A stretch of 64,000 bases of DNA, from contig CAJINV010000001.1 in NCBI GenBank assembly GCA_905178155.1, forward strand, positions 9,941,865 through 10,005,864. The letters are read 5' to 3'. A program made the translations under genes and the position numbers. The number at the start of each line of letters is the position of its first letter. Within the stretch, counting starts at the first letter, position 1. Below the pieces are notes generated by a model. It ran no database searches. It was not told the origin of the DNA and was given only the letters and a program-made list of their open reading frames with translations. This document shows positions 22,501-36,633 of the stretch, one piece after another. This stretch comes from Amoebophrya sp. A120 (taxonomy: Eukaryota; Protista; Dinoflagellata).

Positions 22501-25436
22501 GCGGTGATGGAGCGGTCTCAGAAGGTTGCGAGCTTGTTGGAGGATTTCACGGCAGAAATGGATGTGGCGACCCTGCTCCGACTCTACGCGAAGATGCAGG
22601 CCGAGGCGCTTGATGCGATCGGCACGGAAGAGAAGCAGATGGAACTAATGCGCGCAGTCACTTCTTCCAGTACAACGACGTCCACTCGTGGTGCGGGCAG
22701 CACCGCGACGGGGAGAAAGTCCTTGGTGCCAGGTATGAAGAATCCGCAAAACAAGTTGAACTTCCCCTACCACATCATTCGACGGGCCATGAAGGGCAAC
22801 GTGAACTGGAAGGTGAAAAGCATCTACGAGAATCTGGACAAGCTGCCACGTAGGAGGGTCGACGAACGCAAAAGAGTCGTGATCGTTGGCGCGGGACCCT
22901 GCGGGCTGCGGCTGGCGATTGAATTAGTGTTGGGCGGACATCAAGTCGTTGTTTTGGAAAAACGCAGCCTGTGTGACAGCCGGATTAACAGGTATGTACT
23001 TATGAAGCTACCTTGAGTTCATGTGCTTGCAGAATCATGTTGTCTTCATGATTTTCCAACGTATCGGAAAAGCATTTTCTTTCGCATTTTAAGGTTATCC
23101 TGATCAACTTTCTTTCACAGGTTACATCTGTGGAATTGGGTGCGCGCCGAAGTGGAAAAATTTTCGGGCCGCGTGTTTCTTCCGACTGCAGTGCGCCAGG
23201 CGGTATTCGCGGACGCCGACTTTTGTCACTTAGGTATCGATGAGCTGCAGGCCCTGCTGGTGAAAAACGCTTTGCTGCTGGGCGTGGAAATCCGCATCGG
23301 TGTAGCGTACGAAGGCGCGGACCCGGTGCCGAGAATACAAGCACGCCCATCAGTCACAGAGCACAATGAAACCTCCGCGAGAACGGACAGTGGCCTGCTC
23401 CGCCTCGGCGCGAAGTCGAATAATGTAGCGAAGAAGGCGGCCCTGTTTCTACGGCCCCCGACCAATCCAGAGCCGCGTCCGCCGCCTTTGCCAAGAGGGG
23501 GAGTTTGCGCGGAAAAGTCGAGCGACTCGACGCAAAACGAGTTTTGGACGACCCGAGCTGCGTACGGGTTCGGGCGAACGAAGAAGGGCAAGACGACGTG
23601 GCACATTCGAGTGCAGTGCCCAGCGGGGCCGGAGAAGGAGGAGAAAACGAATTCGAAAATCTCCACTGCGTCCTCGGAGCAAGCAGAACCCAGTAGTGTG
23701 CAGGTCTTGACCCGGGACGCGGTGAAGGGGCAGGTGACCAGGAAGAAGCAAGAGAACAGTCCTTCCGACCAGGACACCCTCCACTTCACGCTGGAGGCGG
23801 ACGTCTTAGTCGGTGCGGATGGCCCGCGAAGCATCGTTGCCACGAGCCAGTCCGACCGAATCGGGCCGCGCATCGTGTCAGACTTTTCGGAAGCAATCGG
23901 CGTGGTTTGCAATCTACGACGGCAGAAAGTCGGCGAATCCGGCCGCAGTTCGGCGCCGGTTGTGCCGGTTACCTCCATTGCTACGATGAACCCACGAGAA
24001 TCCGTCGGGCCGGCTAGTAGTGCCAGTGCGAGCTTAACCCTCCCGGAAGGTTGTAGCTCGTTACTAGCAGCAAACACCACGCGCACAAGCTGCCCGAGTC
24101 AGATGCTGCTCCCGGCGAGAATCTCGACACCAAGAGAACTGATCGGACACAATTTGAACAACCGCTTTTTGTCCACGGCTCCGACCCGAAACACGCCGGA
24201 CAGTAACGAGAAGCAGCGCAGCAGCACCGGGAGCTTTGTAACGGCACTAAGCTCCTGTAATCGGGACAGTACAAAAACTTTCCTTCCGTCATCTCGGACC
24301 ACCGCGACATCGTCTCTGAAGATCGAGCGCCCCTTTCTGAAAAGCGCTACGTTCGACGAAACGTTTGGTCGCTCGTCTGATTCAGTGATCGCGACCGTCG
24401 GAAGTAATGGAGCGGGAGGATCTTCGAGCACCTCTTCGCGGTGGAAGCGGGCAGACACGGCGCCGATCCAGGTGGACTCAAATACTCCGACAACAACTAC
24501 AAATGCGACCTCTAGTAGTTCTTCCTTTCCCCACCGCCCGCTCTCCCCCGCACGGAATCGGAACCTCGGCAACGAAGAGAAGCGGCAATTTTCTTGGGCG
24601 CGGCAGTTCAATGCCGGATTCTTCCAGGATGTCGAGAAAATTTGCAAGCTCGCGCTCGAAAATCTGGTGTACTACCGGGGGCCAGACTCCCATTACATCA
24701 TCATGACGCCGACAAGAGCATCGCTGCTAAGTTGCAAGGTATATTAAAAAAGTTCGGTGGTACTTGCGTCCGCGCTCGCGATCTTTGTGGCAATATTTTT
24801 GGGGCCGTTTATTTCTTCTTTTTGCTTGATTGAACGCCAGAAGCATCTCCACATCTAAAATCTCAGGTCGACCTGACCAACAACGTTTCCATCTGGAAAC
24901 CGGTACTTCGGCAACAGCTCCGCCTCTTGCTCAATTGGCTGGGGATATTCGGCGAGTTTGTTCCGGATCCCAACGACGTAATGGCGTTCGATTTTAGCAG
25001 CACTTTTCGTGCCAGCCACCCATTCGCAGTCAAGAATCAGCAGCAGCCTATCAGCCCCAGCGCTACTAGTTCAGGAATAAACACTTTTGGTTCTTCATCA
25101 GCCGCTACAACTGGCGAAACAATCGACTGTCATCCCCCGGTAGCCCTCGCCGGTGATGCGCTGCTGGAACCCTTCTGGCCCGAGGGTTTGGGGATCATCC
25201 GTGGGTTCCTGGGCGCGCTGGACTGCTGTTGGGCTGTGGATTTCGCTTATTCGATGCCGGACAAAGACTTGCTCGACTACAGCAATCAGGCGTTCACAAA
25301 ATTAAAATCGGTACACTCCCACTCTCGAACCAAGTACTTGATCAAGGATGAATCGCGGTGGGATGTCAATCCGAACACTCGGTACACCGAGATCGGCGTA
25401 CTACCCGCACCGTCCCCGACCGGTTTTTTGTATTAA
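19570..25436 (+). CDS. MICAL-type flavoprotein monooxygenase with long low-complexity N-terminus
   Basis: VIVGAGPCGLRLAIEL, SRINR|LHLW, HLGIDELQALLVKNALLLGVEI, LENLVYYRG..HYIIMT, AFDFS, GDALLEPFWPEGLGIIRGFLGALD, WDVNPNTRY. GT-AG introns 22992-23120 and 24739-24866 restore the frame. Confidence 0.9.
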
Positions 25437-26292
25437 GGTATATGTTGAAGTATTGTCATTATGCTAAATTCAGGCGCGAGCAAAACAAAATGGAAGCAAG
25501 TGTTTGCTAGCGTCAGGTTGGTTGTCCCTTGCGAAATTAAATATGAAGAACAGAAAACACCTTAAACTTGTTTATTGCAGAATTCTTGAACCCTAATCCG
25601 TCGAAAAAAAGTAAACTCGAATTATACATACTTATGCAACGCGCATTGGCGCCTGCTCAGATCATGAGCCTTTGCCTTATGATTTTCTAGACGTGTCAAG
25701 TGAAATAAGTTCGCGACCGGGAGCTTCTTCGGCGTCAGCATTGAGTTTGGAATCGGATAACAGAAAACGGCTGTGATTAGCATGGTGGCGGTATTGCACA
25801 ATTATAATTTTTTGTACAGATGAAAGTTACAACAAAGAAGGCACGGAGTGCTGTTATCGCTTGGTGCGGGGATGCTTCACCCTGGAGGTTTGAGCAATTG
25901 CGCAGTTGGCAAGACTGCTATCTTTGTTGGGTTGATTTGGGTGTCGTTGCTGCAACGAATTGATTCACTGTGCAAATTTCTGCTTTCTTTTTGAGATCTC
26001 AAAGTGCATTTGCTCGTTGCTGCTGACTGTATGGAGCGATTTTCGATGATGGCGAAATCTTGCTGAGGAAAAAGTTTCTGCAAACGTGCCGAGAAAAAAG
26101 TTTTATTTTCTTCGAATTGTGAACCTCAGTTTTTTGAAGTTTTGGCACAAAGAAGAAAAAGCGCAAGTTAGCAAGTAGGTGCGGTTTTATGCTTAGAGCT
26201 AGATCAAGAAATGTACCGAAGCCGATTGCTGTTTTTTATCGTAATAAGAAATCAGCCACATTCAGATTTACTCCACCTGTTGCGATATCAAA

Positions 26293-29200
26293 ATGAATCA
26301 TTTTCTGAATCACAACCCTAACGGGGGGAATGCCCCATTCACGGCGCAACGGGACTCCAACTCGCTAAACGTCACGACCAACAGTACGTCCTCCTCCTCA
26401 TCATTCTTCAATCCGCATCAGGGAGCGCATCTGCAGCAGTCGCCGAACGGCAGCGCTTTTCAGCCTCTTGGAATGAACCCGGGCAGCAACATCATGATGA
26501 ACAACATGCAAGCGAATTTCCCCCCGTCATCTTCGCACATGCAAATGCAGAGCAATCAGCAGATGCAACAGCAGGTCCAGTATCAGCAGCATGACGGACA
26601 GCAGTACAAGATTACTCCCTTGCCGCAGTACGTCTCCCCACCGCAGCAGCAACAGGGCTATGGCAACCCGGGGGCTCAAGCTCCACAGCAGCAAGTGCCA
26701 CTTATCAGTCCGCCGAACGCTCCCTGTTTTCCGCCGCAGCAGCAAAACGGACTTTTTCACCCAAATCTGGGACAGCAGCAGCAAGTCGTCCCAAGCGCCG
26801 TCGCACCCGGCGGCGGGGGTTGTGGGCCACCGCGGGCGAATCACGTTGGGAGCAATTTTCATGAGATGATAACGATTGCGCAAATGAACAATTCGCTGCC
26901 CCCGCGAAACCCACATTTGCCCAACGTCCACATACCCGGCCCGCCGCAGTTTAAGCCGTTGACAAGAATCTCGTCCGGTCAGCAGCAAGGCGGCGGCAGC
27001 CGGCCCTCGAATGACAAGCGGACACTAAACGACTCGGGTATGTTGAACAACAGCACTTCTGCGATGAACGACACAAGTCTCAACTCTTCCGGAATCGCTC
27101 TGCAAGCTTCGCAAGACAGGCCGGTGCTGACGAGTCGCCCGGCAATTGTACCCGGTTCGCAGAAGCCGCGCGCTACGGCGGAATTGTTGCGCGAAGAGCG
27201 GGCAAACGGCTCGGACGGCGAGGATTGTGAAGATCTTGCGCCCAATTCGCAAGGAAATAACGCCAACAACGCGACCGGCCAGGAGCTGCGGCAGCAGATT
27301 GCGATGACGCAGGCCTTCGCTTACACCGGGGTAGCGGCCGCGTCGCAGCTGGACATCGGTGCACGGTTTGAGGACGAACAGCAACTCGCGGGTCACATCC
27401 ACGAAGTGTTGACCGAAATGAAGCAGCAGGGCAAGCCCGTGCTAGAGCGCTTAATTGCGGTTTTCGGAGAATTGAACGTCAACGACGCGGAGAAGCGGGC
27501 GGACCAGCGCGAGGAGCGCGGGCTGCCCCCCGTAGACCGATCTGCGCCACTGAAACCCGGTCCACTGGAGGAGAAAATTAGCGAAAACGACCCCGAATCC
27601 ATGCCGAGCGTGATGGACGATAGCCAGCAGGGGAACAAGATGTTGTCCGAGAAGAAAAAGCCTCCTGAACTACAACCGCCGGCCGTGTCGCACGATCCGT
27701 TGAAGATCACAAACCCGAGCGGGACCGTGGTGGAAGCGAAAGTTACCTGGCTGGCGCACGAGCCGCACGAAGTGGACCAGACGCTGAATAAGCTGAGCCG
27801 GCCCTGGCCGTACGAGGGCTTGCAGATCCACTTTTCCTACGACGCGATTCTGCAGCCCCAGAAACTTGTCATGGCAGCAGTGGCGAAAGCAATCAAGTAC
27901 GGACGGCACGCGGTTCTCGAGTCGCCAACGGGGACGGGCAAGACCGCCGCCCTACTGTGTGCCGCGCTCGCCGCGCAGCGCTTCCTGTCGACGAAGTACG
28001 GCGCGCACCCGCAGATCATTTACGGAACAAGGACGCAGGGACAGGTGAAACAGGTGGTGAAAGAACTGAAGAAATCCCCCTACCGGCCCGCCGTCACCTG
28101 CCTGGGCTCGCGCGAAAAGATCTGCTCCAATCTGCAAGTGAAGCAAGCGCCCGGCGACATGCGCTCCAAGTGCGCGAAGGCGCGGAAGGTGGCGGACCGG
28201 CCCGTGAACGCGCGGCGCGCCGGGGAGATCAGTTGCAGCAAGTTTAAGAACATGGGCGACGACCCCGAGAAGTTCGCGTACGACGTGCACGCAAACACCC
28301 GGCCCGCGATCGGCGATCCGAAGCGCAGCAACTTGCCCGACATCGAGGACTTAGTCAAATTGTCGGAGGAGCACGAGATCTGCCCCTACTTCCTTGCGCA
28401 AACTTTGTCTGTCGACGCCGACATCGTGGTCTGTCCCTACAACTACATTCTCGACCCGAGAGTTCGGGAAAACAGCAAAGTGTCCATCAAGGACCGCGTG
28501 ATCATCCTCGACGAGGCGCACAACATCGAATCCGTGTGCAAAGACGCGGGTAGCAAGGAGATCCCGGAGCGCAGCATCAACGGCGAACTGCCCGAGCCGG
28601 GCAACCGGAACGAGCCGGCGCTGACCGTGTTCGAGGACAAGGTCACGATCAACATCCCCGTGCACATGAAGTTCCCGAAAGGTTCGCGCATCCCCGAGCA
28701 GGAGCAGGCCGGCCCCGGGGCGGAGATTCTCTCGCGGTTCGGCTGCAACCACGTCTCTCGGTTCTTCCGCAGTGTAGCGAACTGGATGGAGCAGAGGAAA
28801 AACCAATTTCTGGCCGCCGGGAACAAGAGAGCGCAGCTGTTGCAGGAGAAGCAAAGGTTTAACCTGCAGTCGAACCACAAGTGGGAGGCGATGTCGTTCG
28901 CGCCGTATAAGGGCATCCGGGTCGGCACGCTCTTGGATGAGCTGAAGATGGGGATCGGCATCGACAGTCGGACGGGGGCGCCCTTCGACAACGACCCGGT
29001 TTGTGTTTACAAGACGCTGCAGAAAATCCAGCAAGCCATTGCGAAGATCAAGCACGATGACACTGCGCAGCAGCAGAGCGCGCTCGACGAACTGGACGCC
29101 TATTTGAGTGCGCTCGTGCGGCTGTGCGAAAATCCGGAAAGCTACGCTGCGTCATTAATGGTCCAGCTGTATGAGCCGCGGCGGGGGCCCTCCGTCGGCG

Positions 29201-30437
29201 CAGAGGCGGAACCACCGCAGGAGCCGCGTTTTGTCGCGGTTCTGTGTCTCTATCTCCTATACCCCGCGGTCACCTTTGAGCGCGTGTCGGAGCAAGCACA
29301 CTCGGTGATCTTAGCAAGTGGAACTTTGTGCCCTGTGGAAAGCTTCTTTTCGGAGCTCGGGCAGGACTTCGCGGACAGACAGGTACAACGAACAGGTTTC
29401 TTTGGTTGATTTCAGTGGTTGGCAATAGGAAAAATCGCATAAAAGGAAGCAAATCGTTTGCATGCGTGTTCACGTTTTCGAATTACAACAAATTCCAAAA
29501 ACAGGTCACTGGCAAGTTTCTTTCTCGCTGTCTGTCGCCGTTGGAAGCGGAGCACGTCATCGGGCCCGAACAGCTCCTCGTCCAGAAGATGTCGGTCGTG
29601 GGCAGTGGCAACCGGCTGCAGCGCTTCAGTTCCGATTACAACACGATCCGGAAAGCCGGGAACTGGAACGAACCGCTGCTGCGAGACCTCGGCCTGTCGC
29701 TCGTAAAGATGTGCAGCGACATCCCCGGCGGGGTGCTGATCTTCTTCCCTTCCTACACTTTTCTGAACAAGATTGCCGGATTTTGGCGATCCAATTTCGG
29801 CCGGTGTCCGGAGCTGCAGAACCAAACCATCTGGGACGCGTTGGAGCAGACCAAGAAAAACATCGTCAAAGAGGAGAGTGCGCTGGACATCGAGGAACTC
29901 AAGGCCCAGTACTCCAACTATATCGAGCAGGACGGAGAAGCGCTCTTGCTGGGCGTGATGCGCGCGAAGTGCAGCGAGGGCATCAGCTTCAACGACCACT
30001 ACTGCCGTGCGGTGATTGTCGTGGGCTTGGCTTATCCCGCAAGGGAGGCGCCGGAGATCAAACACAAAATGCAGTACAACACGTGGTGGCGGAAAGCGGT
30101 GCAGCAGCAGCAGGCACTGAACGATAGAAACGCGGCAATGAAGGGCCAAGCTGCGCCGGCGAAACAAAACGTCCCCATCACGGGTGACGCGTGGTACGGA
30201 CAGGAAGCCTTTCGCGCGATCAACCAAGCGCTGGGACGATGTGTGCGGCACAAGGACGACTACGGCTGTTTGATCCTGCTGGACGCGCGGTGGAGCGAAG
30301 GCTCTGGCAACGTGGCAAAGCTTGCGCAGTGGCTGCGCGCGATCGGGATCGAAGATGCAGTACCGCCAGACGACCTCCAGAAAAAGATAAAGGATCACTT
30401 CAACCGAAACACATCCAAGAGACGGAAACTAAACTGA
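26293..30437 (+). CDS. Rad3/XPD-family Fe-S DEAH helicase (RTEL1/FANCJ-like)
   Basis: ESPTGTGKT, LGSREKIC, CPYF, CPYNYILDP, ILDEAHNIE, ASGTLCP, FFPSY, SEGISFND, AFRAINQALGRCVRHKDDYG. Phase-0 intron 29383-29504, Q/N-rich N-terminus. Confidence 0.93.
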
Positions 30438-31052
30438 GGTTGAAGATCAATGATGCGCTTACTCCTAAAAGTAGTCGGGCATGAAAGAGGTCCTCATTTC
30501 CACTTCGCTGCCCTTCAGCAGCTGGTCATGAATTCACCGCAACAGTCGATCCGTTCCAGGGCGGTGGCAAGTTATTTCTGTCGCTTTGGGTTTGGGATTT
30601 TATCTACCCGCTGCTGCTCGGTGCAATCACTTACACACGAATGTGACCAAGCATAGAAGAAAACTTTTGCGAACCAACGGCGCTCCTTTTTGTTCTTTTC
30701 CTGGAGTTTCCATTGTCCGCCCCGAGACGAATTCAGAGTGATATGAGCGCAAAGCGTGGTACAGTTGCAGTTCTTGCAGCTTCTAATAAACGCGAGCGAT
30801 ATGGACACTTGAGAAGTTGTGATTTTATTCAAGAGACAGTATTTTTGCACGGAAAATTAAGTCTTGCGAAGATGGCTTTCTTTTTCAGGCGGCGGGACGA
30901 TTTTTGGTGTCGTGCACGTCCCCTCTCTAGGATTGTGCCCGAAGGAGCAAATATCCATGACGCTGGGCGGGATAGACCTGCACCTCCGCTGCTCTCGTCG
31001 CAGCCGCGGTTGGCGTCGGAAAAAATGCGTCTTCGACACCGGAAAATTCCGC

Positions 31053-34000
31053 ATGCGTCTTCCGCTCGCCGTCGCAGCGGGCCATCTGGTTTTTGCGGTG
31101 GCGACAAACGTCCTTCAAAGCGACCGCGTGGTCGTGGAGCAGAGGCACAAGAAGAATCTACGCGCTCGCTCGCCCCCCGCGGCGAAGCGACACGCTTCCG
31201 CTCCAAGAACGCCGGAGTCCACACTCATGGAAACCCGGTCCGTTCCGAGCATCAGTTCGATTGCCGAGGATCCCAGCAGCCTGAAAGCCGCGGTAGCGGA
31301 GAGTGTCGACGACATTCTTACCGGCTTTTGCCGCGCGCACCTCGGCGCCTCGATGCCGTTCCGCAGGTATCGGGAGGAACTCACCGCGTTGAATAACTAC
31401 CGCAGTCAACAGGTTACATCTAGCCAGGACGATACTGCAGAGGTGACGGAGTACGAGCGCGCGCTGATGGAGGCCGCGGACCGGGCGCTTAGGAAGTTAG
31501 AAAAACTCCTCGTCGAGCAGAAGCGGGACATGCGCTTGGAAGTGGAGCTGGAGTGCGCGGACTGGCAGAAGCTGACGGAGCAGTTGAAGCTCGTGTTGCC
31601 CGACGAAGGCAGCATTCCCATGCTCGCGGACATGGTCGAACGAGGGTGCGCGTCGATGACGGAGGACTTTTTCCAGCCCTTCGACGCGGCGATGGCGCTC
31701 GAGGACAAAGCAGAGGGCGGACCGCTCCTGCTGGAGCGCTTAACCTTCGTCTGCCACTTGTCCGCCTACGACCGCTTTTGCGAGTACCAAGTACTAAAGA
31801 GCTCATATTCTATTATCGGTTGATTTTTTTTGACTTTTTTTTTTCAAAAGTAATTTTCTCTTTTCTAGGCCTAATGGCGCGGTCTGAGCATGCTGAGGCG
31901 TGCCTGTGCGAAGCCTGCATCTCATCGAAACTGGCATTGACCACTCTGAACGAACGTACGATTTATTTCCAGGGACAGCCGCGAGGGCGTGGAAAAGGAA
32001 GCCGCGAAGGACCGTTGGCAGGTCCAAGCCAAGCAAGACTGGCGTAATTACTGCGCGCTGGCGGAGGAAACGGCGAACCCGGACGGGTGCTGCGGCGAAA
32101 ACGCTTTCGAATTGAAAGGATCTTTGTTCCCGCCGGAAATCCCTTATTCCCTCGGGTACTGCGAAAGTGCCGGGCACGTGCTGGTGAACAACTTTCGCAA
32201 GACGGTGATGGACGCCAATCCCGCGGTCCTGGAGCAGTACTGCTCGACGCTGGTCGGCCACGACGAGCTGCTGGTTGCGCTGAAGCAACTCTTGCACCCA
32301 AAGAAGCAAGACCAACTCGCGGAGCGGGTGCTGCCCGTGACGGAAGAATTTTGCGAGGCGAACTTGGATCTGTACGACAAATATTGGCGGAACTATCGGA
32401 AGCTTGTGGCAGCCGGGGTATCGCGGGAAGACGGGACGGGAGAGATTGATCCGACGAACGTCACCGCTTTGTCCGTAGAGTCGGAGTACAACGCGATGCT
32501 GAGCGCTGCCCGCGACTTGTATTCTGCGGTGCACCGCCAGCCGTCGGGAGATGACGAGTTTGGCGGGTTTCTCTCCACCATCAACGCAGTCTTGACGGGC
32601 AGTGTCTACACAGAAGCGCAGCGGAACGCCACTTTGGAAGAGGCGCAGGTCCACTTGCAGGCCACGATCGACGCCTACGAAGCTATTCCCGAGTCTTCGT
32701 TACACGCAAAATCGCAAGCGGAAACCCTGGCGTGGGAAATGATACACACCTGCCCCACGCCCTGGCTAGAGGATGAAAGTACAAAAACAAATGCAACAGT
32801 GACTGAGACACAGGCCGACATGGCTGGAACAGCGACCTCAGTACGTGACCTCGAGGAGCCAGAGCAGCAGTGGACGATTGATGATCGGGTCAGGTGCGAA
32901 CTATTGCCGGAAAAGTTTTCCGCCCTGCTACCCACAATCGTAACCGCTATGCAGAGTGCGGGTGCGACGACGAAGGGCTGGAGTTTGTGGACGCAAGCGA
33001 AAGCGGACCTGGGGCTCGCGGTGCCGCATTTCCAAGAAGACGTCAGACGAGTAATCGCGTTCAAGCTCACAGATGCGGAGCGCGACGCGATTCACCGCTG
33101 GCCCGCGACCCCGCAAAAAATAGGTGCCGCTTTGCTTGCACAGCTCTTCGTGGGCTCGTGGTCCAACGGTCGAGTTTTGTCACCTGAGCAGCTAGAAGCC
33201 ATAATAGCCGCGTCTGGCGCACCGCGGTCGTCGGGGTTGCCGCCGGAGCTGGTTAGCCAGATCCGCAACATGATGCTAACCAGCGACGAGGAGCTACCTG
33301 AAGAACTGCAGCAGCTGAGAGACGCGGACGAAGAGGGGCAAACCGCCGGCGTCACTGCGTTTCTGCAAAAAGCAATGCTAAACGCAAAAACGTCCACCGC
33401 AACGTCGACACACAACAGGCAGGTGTCAGAACTTTTATCAAAGACTTTACCGCAACTCAGCGACCTTGGCAGCAACGAAGAGCACCCGGAGTCCGCGGCG
33501 GTACTGCAAGGGTTACTCACCGCACTCGGGCACGGCGACGCTATCACAACGACCGCCAAACCGCCCGGGGACGAAGATCTTTTCGTGTCCAACATCTCCC
33601 CGGAGGAGCTCGCTACCGGCAAAGGGGCCGGGCTTTCCTCGATGGTCGGCCAGTTCGTTGGCGTGCTGGCGAAGAACCCGGCGCTACTGACCGCGGACGG
33701 GACCACTTCCACGGAGGCCGGCGGTCTACTGCGCGACCCAGTGAGGCTGATGCGGTTTGCGCAGGAGTGGCAGGAATTGCAAGAGTCCGGGGACGGCGCG
33801 AAGATGATGGAACTGCTCGGGACGCTGTGCATGGAAGTCCCCCTGTTGGTCGACGAAGTGATGGAGGCGAACGTGTGCCATCCCGGCGCCTCAGCCTCGG
33901 GAGACGCGGACAACATGTACCTGAAAGCGACCGATATGGCTTTGTTCGGCGACCTGTGCCACATCAATTCGCGCCGGAGTCTGTGCTCCGGGCGGGAAAA

Positions 34001-36270
34001 CCTCCAGGAGAACTTCAGAGAGCACGCGGCGGCCACGCTGCTGCTCCAATCTTGGCTCCGGGAGCGGAAAACGGAAAGCAACAACGTCTGCGGCAGCATT
34101 GTCGGCGCGGCGGCGGTGAGCTGCCGAAAGATGCAAGGATACATAAACAACAAGCTCACCGAGAACTTGGCTTCTCTTCTCGTCGGCCAGAATGAGGACA
34201 AAGTGGAAGACTTCCAGGGAGCCCACGGTGCGAGCCCAGACACCATGATCGTCACCGCCGAACAGGAGGTCTTCAATCAGCGTCTGCTACGGGCCGAGCA
34301 GGTGTGGGCCGCCGTGTTTCCGGAGTTTAAAGAGGCATTTGGTCTGCCCGCCCCCGCGGATGAAGAAAGTCCCCTTGCTGCTCCAGCCCCTTTAGCCGTC
34401 TGGAGACAGGTGATCGCAAAGGCGTGCAGGGATTGGCAACTGACCAACGAAGAGTGGGTCGAACTCCGGCTGCGCGGGCCCGAAGAGTCCTTCCGCCAGC
34501 TTTTCTTGCGGTTAAACGAGGAGGACCAGAGGGTACTAAACGAGGACGTGGCTGCCTACAACCGGCTGACCTGGTGGGACACGCCTTTTTTTCCGCACGG
34601 GAAGGAAGATGTAGACAGGTGGTGTTCCGCCTACCACGCAGCAGACGGCGCACCAGCCTCCCACGCCCGGAAGTTGGGCCACGGCGCCGAAGCGCTGTTG
34701 AACAAGGCTGGAGCCATGGACGTGGTCGCGAGCTTCTGCAAAAGTTTGGCCGTGGAAGATGCTGGACAGGAGAGTATAGCAAGTTCAACATCGGTACAGT
34801 TTGTTGACGCTAGTACTTCCAACAATATGCGGAATGTTCATGTTGCTCGCGCCCTCGCTGCTGGAAAACGCGCGATCACGGTCTGCGAAGCGACGCAGAG
34901 CAAGGGAGTGATGTTTGACTACTGCGAGGGCGTGCGGCTCGCGGCGACCGCCGTGTACACTGCCTTGGAGAAGGCAATTCAAACAGCCGAGGAAGAAGGC
35001 CGAACGTTTGAAGCGGACCAGTGGTGCCCGGACGTGAACAGCTTGGCCGGGTTTTGCCACGATTTGAATAACAAGTACGTGCCCGAGGCAGTGTCGCGGA
35101 GCTTCCGCAGCACGTGCTTCTCGCTCCACATCGATGATTGCTTGGCCAAGCGGAAGCACAAGCCGATGGCGGCCACGACCCTGGAAGGGCTGCAGGCTTC
35201 GCAGGAGGAGCTAGACGCCAGCATGGAAATCGCTCTGGAGTGCAAGCAGAGCTACCAGTTGCAGCAGTATTTGGAGCTGCTGACGCGAGACTTGGCCTGT
35301 CCAAACGTGGAAGCCATCGACTACGTTCTGGAAAGGGGGCTACGGCGGTACGCTAATGCGGCGCCAAGGCTCCCGGACAGCAAACAAGTGGCGAGGTATT
35401 AATGATTAATGTGAAGAAGGAAGCTGCTTTTACGATAATGAAAGTTTGAGGTAGGCATAGGCAACGCAGAAGCTTCAGAAAATCAACTCAACAGGCTCTG
35501 TTTCTCCTCCAAGTACGATCTGGAGCACAAAGACCTAGAGGCAAGCGAGGAACACCTTCTACAAGTCCGCAAGTTTGTGTACAATGCCAGCAGCCGAATT
35601 CTCTGGGCCGCCATGGGTGGAAACGGTGGCGTGGATACGATTTTCTCGTGCGAATCGAAGTGGTGCTGGGTCGAGGCTTGGGGTCCGCGCGCCTTTCCGC
35701 CGAAGGGCTACAGCGGTAGGAGCCTGTGGAAGAAGACAGCGACGGTATTCCAACTTTTTTGACCGCTTTCGGTTTGTTGCTTTCGCAGCAGCGTACTTTG
35801 TTTCGACGGCATGATCATTTAGGTCACCGACTTTTTCTCATCGTAGTTCTCAAACTACTCAACAGTACCTTCCCGCCGCGGAGCTGCACAAAAAGGCTGT
35901 GGAGGAATGGGGCGCGCTCGGTACTGATTATAACGAAGATAGAAATATGACGCACCGGCAGCATGAGACCGCACCGGTGGGCTGCTACGTCTGTGAGACC
36001 GGCGAGTTTCCGCTTGAGCCCTGGCACAAGGGGTGCTACCCGGGGATACCGTTTGGCATCTGGCAAGAGGGGGTGGAGAAAGCGGACTGCGTCGACCCCT
36101 TGATGCCGGGGATATACGAGAAGCGGCATTTGGAAGGTGAAGCTAGAAATGTGAGCATGGGCTTCATAAACTCGAAAATCTACAACACCGGCGCTCTTTA
36201 CTCAGGGCTTGTGCTCACGACTCTGGTCTTTATCATGACCGGGCTGTTTTTCGGCTGGATCTGCTGCTGA
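31053..36270 (+). CDS. Large hypothetical type-I membrane protein (~1600 aa, multi-exon)
   Basis: Signal-like MRLPLAVAAGHLVFAVA. ORFs 30864-31823, 31989-35402, 35577-35762 and 35899-36270 join in frame via introns ~31783-31972, 35396-35494 and 35745-35865. C-terminal TM LVLTTLVFIMTGLFFGWICC. Confidence 0.7.
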
Positions 36271-36633
36271 TCATCTTCTGCAGTGGCGGATTTAGCACAC
36301 ATGCATAGAGAAGTGTCAGTGGTGTGCGAAACCAAGCAGAGACAAAGGCATAAAGCGCTGACACTCACTTCGCACGGCAATCTTACTGTTCCAGCGCGGC
36401 GATCCAGTATTTTTTTGTAGAAAACTACATGTGCGAAAGCGCCTCGCGATCAACGCTAACTTCGTTCGCGCGACCATGCCACAGTTTCATCAATCTGAAC
36501 ACCTTTACAGGTCTGCGAAGTGCAAAAATTTTACTTTTTTCGACGTGCTTTTTTGGGACCGTATTTTTGATCTTTTCCTGGTATTGACGCTCGACTTTTC
36601 TCGCGTCTCAACAATGCTCATCGTGTATCAGAA

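Noticed and set aside
33092-34276. 394-aa antisense ORF (similarly 29412-30398)
   Set aside because: Fully overlaps long + strand genes in GC-rich coding DNA and has no motifs.
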